A DNA stretch of 64,000 bases from Sedimentisphaerales bacterium (lineage in GTDB: Bacteria > Planctomycetota > Phycisphaerae > Sedimentisphaerales > Anaerobacaceae): the NCBI GenBank assembly GCA_016930645.1, contig JAFGGH010000026.1, positions 3,642 through 67,641 of the forward strand. The letters run 5' to 3'. The notes under the pieces are model-generated. The model saw only the letters and a list, made by a program, of their open reading frames with translations, searched no databases and was not told where the DNA came from. Both the position numbers and the translations under genes were made by a program. This document shows, piece after piece, positions 9,504 through 17,298 of this stretch; position 1 is the first letter of the stretch, and the number at the start of each line of letters is the position of its first letter.

Positions 9504-9888
9504 AATAAAAGAAAAATATATTTTTGAATTTGTAGGGTGGACACAGCCCACCAGCTCTTTTTGAAAGTAAAGAAAAATATGGGAGGCGATAAGTCGCTCC
9601 AGAAAGGAGTTTATATGTTGAAACACCTTTTGAAGGCGGCGCGTCTCTGAGATATAGCGACTCTTAGATAACCCAAAAAACCTATAGTCACAGCTATTGG
9701 TCAGACCTAAGAGAATTTCTGTATCGAGGGGAGTTTAAGTTCCGGGAACCCCCTTGAACTGTGAATAAAGGCGGACAATTTCGGCGCGCCTCCCTTTTTT
9801 ATTGCCAAAGATAAAAATGGACAGTTATTCACAAAAGTTAGTTCATAAGTCAGAAGATAAAATGTCGGAATTTGAAAGAATAAAAACA

Positions 9889-9916
9889 GCCCCGCCCGCG
9901 GGTGGCGGGGCTAATC
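9889..9916 (-). repeat. REP-like hairpin (GCCCCGCC-cgcgggt-GGCGGGGC-TAATC)
   Basis: Perfect 8-bp stem. It ends 1 nt before the stop codon of the transposase-like gene. Confidence 0.7.
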
Positions 9917-9917
9917 T

Positions 9918-10361
9918 TTAGTGTTTGTTGATATAAAGTTTTCTCTTTGTGATATCTTCTTCAGTAAAACAAAATCGTTTGTCATAACCTTTGGTCCAGA
10001 TTCGGCCTTGTCGGCCGTGTTTCCAAAGTACACTGGTAGTAATACTTTTATATCTTCCAACTATCCCTTCGATGGATTCTTTGTGAGGTCTTGCCAATAA
10101 GTGAATATGGTTCGAATATACTATCAGTCCTTCAATTTTGTGTCCGATTTTTTCCGCTTCGGAAAGAATTGTGTTTCTGACAATCTGTTTTTCAGTTTTA
10201 TTGAGTTTTACGGTATTGGTTTTCTGTCGGTTTTTATTTTTTTCTAAAAGTTTTATATTGCCTTCAAGAATTTTGCCGTTTTCAACATAACCTTTTTCAT
10301 TACCCGGCAGCCAGCTGCCGTATGTTGTCCATGTAATCATATATCCAACGATTTTAGACAT
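9918..10361 (-). CDS. HUH / Y1 tyrosine transposase-like protein (IS200/IS605 TnpA - RAYT superfamily)
   Basis: HUH motif in YSNHIHLLARP; conserved-looking N-terminus ITWTTYGSWLPGNEKG; C-terminal Tyr in KRKLYINKH. The size of about 147 aa assumes the ATG at 10361; the ORF track's TTG start is at 10397. Confidence 0.6.
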   Translation of the reverse strand: MSKIVGYMITWTTYGSWLPGNEKGYVENGKILEGNIKLLEKNKNRQKTNTVKLNKTEKQIVRNTILSEAEKIGHKIEGLIVYSNHIHLLARPHKESIEGIVGRYKSITTSVLWKHGRQGRIWTKGYDKRFCFTEEDITKRKLYINKH

Positions 10362-10407
10362 AGAGGCGATGATAAATAATGTATTGTTATTTAACAAATT
10401 AAAAATT

Positions 10408-10435
10408 GATTAGCCCCACCACCCGTGGGTGGGGC
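10408..10435 (+). repeat. REP-like hairpin (GATTA-GCCCCACC-acccgtg-GGTGGGGC)
   Basis: Its reverse complement matches 9889-9916 at 25 of 28 positions, and one stem difference is compensatory. Confidence 0.7.
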
Positions 10436-10449
10436 ATATTCTCGTTTTC

Positions 10450-10477
10450 GATTAGCCCGTGGACCTGTGCCGCGGGC
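10450..10477 (+). repeat. REP-like hairpin (GATTA-GCCCGTGG-acctgtg-CCGCGGGC)
   Basis: Same head and architecture as 10408-10435. The stem contains one G-U pair. Confidence 0.55.
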
Positions 10478-10636
10478 CGTTTACTTTCTCCCTTCTGCCA
10501 ATTCTTCTTTCATTTTCCTTCCGGATTAGTTTATTCATTCTTTAATCAGATAAATCTGCGAAGTCAGCGATTAATAATCTCCCGATTTTCATCAGTCTCA
10601 AGGGGTTTTTTATTGAATATTGATTATTGAAGATTG

Positions 10637-10705
10637 AAAAATCCGTGTAAATCCGTGAAATCCGTGGTTACAATTTAGTGTTCATTTGTGTTAATTCGTG
10701 GTTAA
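10637..10705 (+). repeat. Array of 9-14-nt units each ending in GTG
   Basis: aaaaatccGTG|taaatccGTG|aaatccGTG|gttacaatttaGTG|ttcatttGTG|ttaattcGTG. Confidence 0.6.
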
Positions 10706-10851
10706 TATTACTCCGCTTTTCGTTAATCTCAAGGGGTAAACTCGTCGCTTGCCTGCCTTGGCGTAGTACCGATTCAACGGGACGAAGACGGGTGACTCGT
10801 ATATCGTATATCGAAAAAACAACTTTTTTTAATAAAATCCAAAGATTTCTC

Positions 10852-10880
10852 TTGACAACTGTTTTACATTGTGGTATAAT
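10852..10880 (+). promoter_or_regulatory. Perfect-consensus sigma-70 promoter (TTGACA-N17-TGgTATAAT)
   Basis: TTGACA at 10852-10857, 17-nt spacer, TATAAT at 10875-10880, preceded by TGg (extended -10). Confidence 0.6.
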
Positions 10881-11285
10881 ACGTATCAAGTTAGTATAAT
10901 ATTCTCAAACAACCCAAACCATCCGAAGGAAATCCTTAAAAAAACCATGATTCGACCAATTTTACATCCTAAATCCTTTTACAGCATTGAGTTTTTTGTA
11001 TCTATATTACTTAGTGTTAATTTGTGCGAACTAGTGGCCGAAAAAAATAACCTTTTTATGCAAAACAAAGACAATTATCCTCGATTTTGCTTCAATAACG
11101 CCGATTTCGTCGAAAAACGAACCCAAAACAAAGCCAATTTTCACCCGCCTCAGGCGGGCAAAGCCAAAATTTATCCTTCGTAGCTTTAGCGAAGAAGGAC
11201 GAACCCAAAAAAACCCAATATTTTTATGCCTTATCTGGCTATATATCTCTGTGTGCTCTGTCCGACACCCCGCAAGCCAGAGTTA

Positions 11286-11314
11286 TTGAATTTAGGCATA
11301 TTTTATGGTATAAT
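11286..11314 (+). promoter_or_regulatory. Sigma-70-like promoter upstream of the 11374 gene
   Basis: TTGAAT at 11286-11291, 17-nt spacer, TATAAT at 11309-11314, preceded by TGg. Confidence 0.5.
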
Positions 11315-11373
11315 CACCTCATTAAGCCGCTTTTTCACCCGATAAACATAAAAAGGCTTATTTGAGGGCATTG

Positions 11374-13548
11374 ATGATTCGCAAAATCTATTCAGTCATA
11401 GTCATACTCGCCGCTTGTTGTGTTGTGCAGGCAAGGCCGCTCGACATCATCATTGTAACCAGCCAGGACAGTTCAGAAGACGGTTATGCCGAGTTCCTGC
11501 AGGACATTTATTTAGACAATGCGAATGTAGAAATCGATGATAAACGATACCATGAGCCTCTAAACGATACCGAAAAACAAGAGCTGAGCCAGGCGGACCT
11601 GATAATTGTCTCCAGCGATAACTCCGGCGGTGATTATAATTATGACTCTGCTTTCTGGGCCTCATTGACCGTTCCTATCCTGAGCCATAGTATTTCCGTG
11701 TGTCGAAGCAACCAACATAACAACTGGGACTGGTTCGACTGCGGCCAAACCCAATACCCTGTCTTGATTTCAGAATTTAACGCGCTGGACCCAAACGACC
11801 CCATCTTCAGCGGAATAGATATTACGGGCGGAAGCGTTACTCTTTTCGATTCTCCTCATGACTTTTCCGCGCCCAATGAGCCTTATGTCGGTTATGGTAC
11901 GCCGCTGGCAACGGAAAGTTCCGGCCTGCCGGTTATCGTCCGCTTTGACGGCAACGAACCCAGCTATTATGACGGCTCGCTGTATGACCCGAACGGCACG
12001 CCGCGGATTTACTTCGCCATGCCAGGTAAGCCTTCGACCTTTTTTGACAACGCAACACCGTCCGGCAAACAGCTTCTGCGAAATGCGGTCACCTTACTGC
12101 TTGCCCAGTGCTGGCTGCCGGGGGATGTTGACTGTGACCGTGATGTCGACATGGAAGACTTTTCCGAACTGGCAGCAGAATGGCTTAGCCAGGTACTCCC
12201 ACAGAGCGAACCTTTGCCGGCCGACATTCTTCCTGACGGACAGGTTGATATGTACGACCTGGCGATTCTGGTGATGTTCTGGCTGGAAGGCTTCGACTAC
12301 ACCGCACCATTGCCCGATCCTTCACAATGGACGGATATACCGGCGATACAGGACGGCGGCTTTATTCAAATGAAAGCCAAAAGCACCGATGATGACCTCC
12401 ACGGTGTTCAATACTATTTTGAGTGCATCGAAAATACACTCTACTCCAGAGGCTGGCAATATGACAGGGAGTATATTCCCTCAGACCTTCCCATAGGAAC
12501 CGAGCTTTCTTTTCGGGCCAAAGCACGCGATACATCCAGCCGGCTGAATGAAACGGCCCCAACACCTGCACAAACCGTTCGAACCGATGGGCTGTTCTAT
12601 TACTCCGCTGATGCTTCGGCGGCAGCGGCCCTGGACCAGCAGCGTTTTATCATGGCTGATGACGAAGATAACGTGTTGCGCGTTTATAACTGGAACCTGC
12701 CCGAATCTGATCCGAACCGCCAAACGGATATTTCCGATGCGATCAACGTTGACACGAACCATCCCGAAGCCGACATCGAAGGTGCAACCTGGTATAACGG
12801 CCGCGTCTTCTGGATTACCTCGCACGGACGCAGCAGCTATGGGGACTATTGGCCAAGCCGGTACCGCTTCTTTGCTACAACCATCGAACCGAACGGTTTG
12901 GCAGTTGTCGATGGTGTCGATGCCAACCTTATCGACGACCTGATACAGTACGACAGAATATGGAATCTCGGCCTCGAAGCGGCCATCGGCACAATAGGCG
13001 ACCACATTGACCCTGCGACCATTCCCAATCTGGCCCCGAAGGTCAACGGCCTGAACATCGAAGGACTTTGCACGACCGCCGATGGTTCAAAAATGTATAT
13101 CGCTTTTCGTAACCCCCGACCCGTAATCGGCGGTAAGGTCATGGCGCTGGTCATCCCGCTTGCCAATCCGGAGGCGGTAGTTCTAAGCGGCGCAGCTCCG
13201 GTGCTCGAAGATCCGTGTTTCATCGACCTCAACAACCTGGGCATTCGAAGCATGGAATACAGCAGCAGCGTCGGAGAGTACCTCATCATCGCCGGCTCTC
13301 ATCTGGACGGAGAAGATGACCCGGTGCAGTATCTCTACAATTACGATTTTGCCGCAGAGGACAAAGATAAGCTGGCCACTTTCTCCGATATCACGCCAGA
13401 AGCGATCTTTCAGTTTCCGGACGCCAATGACATCAGCCTGCTCAGCGATGACGGTACCCGCATGATTGATACGCCTGAAGGGCCTGTAGAGAACAAACTT
13501 CTCCCACGCCCGCAGCAAACCTACCGCACACGAACAATAAAACCGTAA
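11374..13548 (+). CDS. Secreted multidomain protein with a dockerin-like EF-hand pair and a C-terminal beta-propeller-like (phytase-like/DUF3616-like) region
   Basis: Signal peptide MIRKIYSVIVILAACCVVQA (ATG at 11374; the ORF track's TTG is at 11362). Dockerin-like motifs GDVDCDRDVDMEDFSELAAEW and DGQVDMYDLAILVMFW. The C-terminal assignment is weak. Confidence 0.6.
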   Translation: MIRKIYSVIVILAACCVVQARPLDIIIVTSQDSSEDGYAEFLQDIYLDNANVEIDDKRYHEPLNDTEKQELSQADLIIVSSDNSGGDYNYDSAFWASLTVPILSHSISVCRSNQHNNWDWFDCGQTQYPVLISEFNALDPNDPIFSGIDITGGSVTLFDSPHDFSAPNEPYVGYGTPLATESSGLPVIVRFDGNEPSYYDGSLYDPNGTPRIYFAMPGKPSTFFDNATPSGKQLLRNAVTLLLAQCWLPGDVDCDRDVDMEDFSELAAEWLSQVLPQSEPLPADILPDGQVDMYDLAILVMFWLEGFDYTAPLPDPSQWTDIPAIQDGGFIQMKAKSTDDDLHGVQYYFECIENTLYSRGWQYDREYIPSDLPIGTELSFRAKARDTSSRLNETAPTPAQTVRTDGLFYYSADASAAAALDQQRFIMADDEDNVLRVYNWNLPESDPNRQTDISDAINVDTNHPEADIEGATWYNGRVFWITSHGRSSYGDYWPSRYRFFATTIEPNGLAVVDGVDANLIDDLIQYDRIWNLGLEAAIGTIGDHIDPATIPNLAPKVNGLNIEGLCTTADGSKMYIAFRNPRPVIGGKVMALVIPLANPEAVVLSGAAPVLEDPCFIDLNNLGIRSMEYSSSVGEYLIIAGSHLDGEDDPVQYLYNYDFAAEDKDKLATFSDITPEAIFQFPDANDISLLSDDGTRMIDTPEGPVENKLLPRPQQTYRTRTIKP

Positions 13549-13625
13549 ACACCATTTTGTGCTTTTTGTGTTCTTCGTGGTTTGGTGTATTCGCGTTTTA
13601 GTGTTAAAAAAATCAGCGTCAAAAA
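13549..13625 (+). repeat. Array of 8-10-nt units ending in GTG/GCG
   Basis: accattttGTG|ctttttGTG|ttcttcGTG|gtttgGTG|tattcGCG|ttttaGTG|ttaaaaaaatcaGCG. Confidence 0.55.
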
Positions 13626-13640
13626 CTATTCCGGACGAAT

Positions 13641-13672
13641 AAAAAAAAGCACCGGCGTTTAGTACCGGTGCT
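13641..13672 (-). terminator. Rho-independent terminator for the anti-sigma/ECF operon (bidirectional geometry)
   Basis: Stem AGCACCGG (13648-13655) / CCGGTGCT (13665-13672). The A8 run on the + strand gives a U-run on the - strand after the hairpin. It lies between convergent genes. Confidence 0.65.
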
Positions 13673-13698
13673 GATTGTTTATATTCGACTTTGTTGTT

Positions 13699-16332
13699 TT
13701 AATTCGTGGTCTGCGGCCTATCGAATTCAAAACCGACAGGATTTATGGCTTTTATAGCTTCCATAAGTTCGACAAGATGCTCTTTGGGAAATACAATCTG
13801 CGTATTCAAAGCGCCGTTATCACAAGTACCGCCTACGACAATATTGCTTTTGCTTACCAAAGCGGAACCGTCGAAAATCTTCCGGGTCTGCTCTGATTCG
13901 TCAGTGGGAACATATGCTGCAGAAGCAAGCGCTCCGGCAAAGCCGAATATTCTTACATAGTTAATCGTTAAGAAGAAATCGCATTTTTCAGCGTCGTTCA
14001 GCAGGGCAAGGGCCTTGGAGATTTCTTCGTTGAGCTGCGGCTTATCGAGGCTTTTGACCTTGTCAATCAGTGTGTGCATTCTCTCTTCGCTTTTTTGTCC
14101 CAGCACGTTGAGATATAATCCGTCTGTTACAGCGCTTCGATAGCCTAATTTATCGCCGTAAATTCCGGTAATTAATCGGCCGTATTCGCTGTTCGGGTCT
14201 GTCGGCTTTAACAAAAAGTCGGCGGAATCTATCGATACGCCTCGGTAAGTTTCGACATTTTTCTCAACATTGTAAGCTGTATCGATACCAAAACTATCGC
14301 TGTACGCTTCGGCGAATCCGCCTTTGCTCCAGAGCTGCATAATCTCATCGTTGACGGTCTCCCAGGTTTGCGCGTCGCGCATTTCCACGATGTATTCAAC
14401 TTCTATGCCAAGCAGCTTGTCGAACTTTAAGCCGGTGGAAACTGTCGTTTTGCCATTAGCGTCATCAACATTGAAAATTACCTGGTTCAAGTCAGCAAAG
14501 ACCTGGTTCATGTCAGCGATGTTAATACTCATAACGCCGTTGCCTGATGACGTAACCATTTTATTGACTAATTCCTGGGTCTTTGCCATCGTCTCTTCGG
14601 AAATATCGTCCGACATAAATGACATAATGTCGTAAGATGTGAGGCTCAGCTCTTCGCAGAAGGGCGAGTTCATATTTCCAGCTATATTGTAAATGGAGCC
14701 TTCACGTAAATAAGGCAGAAGCTGGTTTACCTTCTTGTTCGGGTTTGTCGAGAACATCCTTGCCATAGGTGTCCCGTCGATAGCTTTAGAAGTAACCTCT
14801 ATGTCAAGTTTTTCAGCGGTCGGCTCGACGGAAACGGCGATATAATCCATTTCAGTAAAAAGAATATCGAGCATACCGAAGTAGAAATCCAGTGCCTCTG
14901 CAGGCAGCGGTGCTAAAGCGACCTTGGCATTTTCTTTGTCCATGGCTCCTTTTGATTCTTGAATCTTCGCCTTGATAAATTCGCCGAAGACTTTTTCGCA
15001 CTGCTGAATATTAGTGTAGGCCCAGAGCGGTTTTTCCTGCGCGCCGGCCATAACCGCCGCCGATAATGTCCCTGACAGGCTTTTGCCCGGAGCTTTCAGA
15101 ATCTCGGCTACATCGAGTAATGTCTGATAACCGCCTGCCTGGCAGATTAAGCCATAGTTGCCGAGCTTGAGCATATTCATTTTTTTATTGGCTTGGCTGA
15201 TTATCGAAACGCCGTTAGCGTCGGCGCTGCTGCAGTTGGTGTTTTCTTCCACGAATTTATCGTAGTCCTTCATCGGTACGAGAAAAGCCACGGCCACATC
15301 ATCGGGACTGTCGCCTTCGCTGCCGGGCTTGACTACCCCGAAGACAGCGAAATCGCTGATAGTATCGACATTAGTAAGCGCCGGGTCGGCTAAGAATTGT
15401 GATAACTGCATACGAATTCCCATTGTCGCCGCCATCGGAATCGGCGACACGCCGTCTATGTACTGGTCCATTTGCATAAGACCGTAATCCAATTTATTTA
15501 GCTTCAGGCAAAACAGGGTCTCGGCAGGCAGTACCTGCAGAATCTCGTTGATTACGAAAGTATCTTTTGCCGAAGCGCCTGCTGCTGGCTCCTGCTCGTC
15601 GCCGGTCGGTTGGCCCGAACCCGAAACGATAATTTTCAACTGCTCAGCCGCATCCACGAAAGGCTGGTCCTGCGATGTGCCGGCATATTGCTCTGCTGTA
15701 GTTTCCAAAGGCTCGATAGCACTTACATCACCGAGCTGAGCGAGATAATTGGCCGCGGCGACCTTGGCCTCGTATTCGCCTGTTTTGAGCATTTCAATCA
15801 GGCCTTTTGTGTCGGCTGCCGCGAACATAGCCTCGGCGTCCTTTAGCTGTCTTTGCAGAATATTATCTTCTGTTGTCGCCAGCTTAATTTCCTGTTTTAT
15901 TTTGTTGCTTGTTACATTCTTTTGAGTGGTATTCTGTGTTTCCGTAACAAAGGGTTTATCTTCTTGATGTTTTGGCCATATACTTATTGCCAGGCCTACC
16001 GCAAAAATTATCAACGCGGCGGCTGCGATTTTTATTAAAGGATTCTTCATAATCGTTCTCCATATTCCAAAGTCGATATGCTCAGGCTGGGCGGTCTGCT
16101 CGGATTTTATCGAGGTAAATAACCTGTCTTTGGCGTTATCGCAAAGCTGCTCATCGAACACGGTTGTTCGCATTTGTTCGGTAACATTGAGCACCTTTGC
16201 CAGGTTGTTGTAAAGGGCCTCACACCGGGGGCAATCCTCGATGTGCTTGGTTATCGTGTCTTTTTCTGAATCGGGCAACTGCCCCAGAGCCATATCGATT
16301 AGTTTTTCTTTTATTTGTTCGTGATTACTCAT
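13699..16332 (-). CDS. Anti-sigma factor (zf-HC2) with one TM segment and a roughly 750-aa extracytoplasmic domain of unknown function
   Basis: HIEDCPRCEALYNNL (HxxxCxxC anti-sigma zinc motif) and TM IKIAAAALIIFAVGLAISIW. It lies directly downstream of the ECF sigma gene. The ATG at 16332 (MSNHEQ) is preferred over the ORF-track start at 16371. Confidence 0.7.
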   Translation of the reverse strand: MSNHEQIKEKLIDMALGQLPDSEKDTITKHIEDCPRCEALYNNLAKVLNVTEQMRTTVFDEQLCDNAKDRLFTSIKSEQTAQPEHIDFGIWRTIMKNPLIKIAAAALIIFAVGLAISIWPKHQEDKPFVTETQNTTQKNVTSNKIKQEIKLATTEDNILQRQLKDAEAMFAAADTKGLIEMLKTGEYEAKVAAANYLAQLGDVSAIEPLETTAEQYAGTSQDQPFVDAAEQLKIIVSGSGQPTGDEQEPAAGASAKDTFVINEILQVLPAETLFCLKLNKLDYGLMQMDQYIDGVSPIPMAATMGIRMQLSQFLADPALTNVDTISDFAVFGVVKPGSEGDSPDDVAVAFLVPMKDYDKFVEENTNCSSADANGVSIISQANKKMNMLKLGNYGLICQAGGYQTLLDVAEILKAPGKSLSGTLSAAVMAGAQEKPLWAYTNIQQCEKVFGEFIKAKIQESKGAMDKENAKVALAPLPAEALDFYFGMLDILFTEMDYIAVSVEPTAEKLDIEVTSKAIDGTPMARMFSTNPNKKVNQLLPYLREGSIYNIAGNMNSPFCEELSLTSYDIMSFMSDDISEETMAKTQELVNKMVTSSGNGVMSINIADMNQVFADLNQVIFNVDDANGKTTVSTGLKFDKLLGIEVEYIVEMRDAQTWETVNDEIMQLWSKGGFAEAYSDSFGIDTAYNVEKNVETYRGVSIDSADFLLKPTDPNSEYGRLITGIYGDKLGYRSAVTDGLYLNVLGQKSEERMHTLIDKVKSLDKPQLNEEISKALALLNDAEKCDFFLTINYVRIFGFAGALASAAYVPTDESEQTRKIFDGSALVSKSNIVVGGTCDNGALNTQIVFPKEHLVELMEAIKAINPVGFEFDRPQTTN

Positions 16333-16422
16333 TTTTAATACCAATCCCGCTTGACAATTGCGCCATAACAATAAAGAAGTTTCTTATTCACAATCAATTA
16401 CAATCACCAAACGCATAACTTA

Positions 16423-16956
16423 CTACCCTTTAAGGGTACCTGCCTGTTGTTGAGGGAAATATTCTGTTAGTTTACTCGCCAGAAACTTCAGCGCCCTGTG
16501 CAGATGAACCCTTACGGTTTCTGGTGAACAGCCGAGTATCTCGGCAATCTTATCATTTTCAAGTCCCTCTAATCTTGACATAATGAATACGTCAGCCTGT
16601 CGCTCGGACAATTGAGCGATAATCTTTGCAAGATTTTGGCGTAACTCGTCGGCTTTGAGGTTCATCTCGGCGGTAACATTATTGGCAAGGCTTTTCGGAT
16701 TCCGGCCTTGAAGGGAATGCCCCGAATCCTTTTTAGCAAGTTCAACGGCCTTGCGGACGGTCGCACGGTAGAGATAGCCGCCCCAATTAATGACTTCGCC
16801 GTTGAACTTGTGCCAGCTTTTCCATATACTCAGGAATACTTCCTGATGTATGTCCTGGGCCTTGCCGGCGTCTCCAAGTACACGCATCGCGGTACCGAGG
16901 ACACGCTTGCCGTACTTATCAACCAGATTTTCAAATTCTACCGTGCTTTTCGACAT
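16423..16956 (-). CDS. ECF-type RNA polymerase sigma factor (sigma-70 family group 4)
   Basis: Region 2 (AQDIHQEVFLSIWKSW) and region 4 HTH (IAEILGCSPETVRVHLHRALKFL). Length is 177 aa. Confidence 0.85.
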   Translation of the reverse strand: MSKSTVEFENLVDKYGKRVLGTAMRVLGDAGKAQDIHQEVFLSIWKSWHKFNGEVINWGGYLYRATVRKAVELAKKDSGHSLQGRNPKSLANNVTAEMNLKADELRQNLAKIIAQLSERQADVFIMSRLEGLENDKIAEILGCSPETVRVHLHRALKFLASKLTEYFPQQQAGTLKG

Positions 16957-17298
16957 CTAACCTTGCCGTTACTGAACCTTCATTTGCCCGAGTTTACAGA
17001 ATTGTAGAATAGCCTGATAATCATTTTGTTTACAGAAAAATTATTTTTCATATTTTTCCGGACGGTTTTACGGCTGCTTAGTTCATATTATTGGACATTG
17101 CTTTGCTGTATCAGCCGATTTACCTGTCCAATAGCTATATATAGTGTTTTTTACTGTCGGCATCCGGTATTTTGTGTCTTATGTTTTGAGCTTAACAATC
17201 GAATATTAACGTACACAGGCTAAAGGCAAAAAGCTGCCGATGACGATACAGCTTAGTACCTTTAAGGTTTACAGACGGTGTTTTAAGGGTAGCATTAG

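Larger units (their letters stand above)
9889..10477 (-). mobile_element. REP-like hairpins in inverted orientation flanking a Y1/HUH transposase-like gene (candidate REP-RAYT module)
   Basis: Three 28-nt elements lie at 9889-9916, 10408-10435 and 10450-10477. Each has an 8-bp GC stem, a 7-nt loop and a GATTAG/CTAATC tail. See the findings for details. Confidence 0.5.

Noticed and set aside
9476-10672. A classical IS element with terminal inverted repeats.
   Set aside because: IS200/IS605-type Y1 transposases do not use TIRs, and the CACGGATT blocks belong to a motif family that also occurs elsewhere. It is kept only as a low-interest observation.
10637-10705. Possible CRISPR array, considered for the GTG-unit arrays and the TPR 126-bp repeats.
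   Set aside because: The GTG units are only 8-14 nt long, with no spacer/repeat alternation. The 126-bp repeats are in-frame coding TPR units. No cas genes are present.
10869-11183. 104-aa ORF on the + strand in the 10.4-11.4 kb spacer.
   Set aside because: It runs through dispersed repeat units and hairpins and has low-complexity Asn/Lys/Phe-rich content. It starts inside the promoter -10 region. I treat the region as non-coding (see findings).
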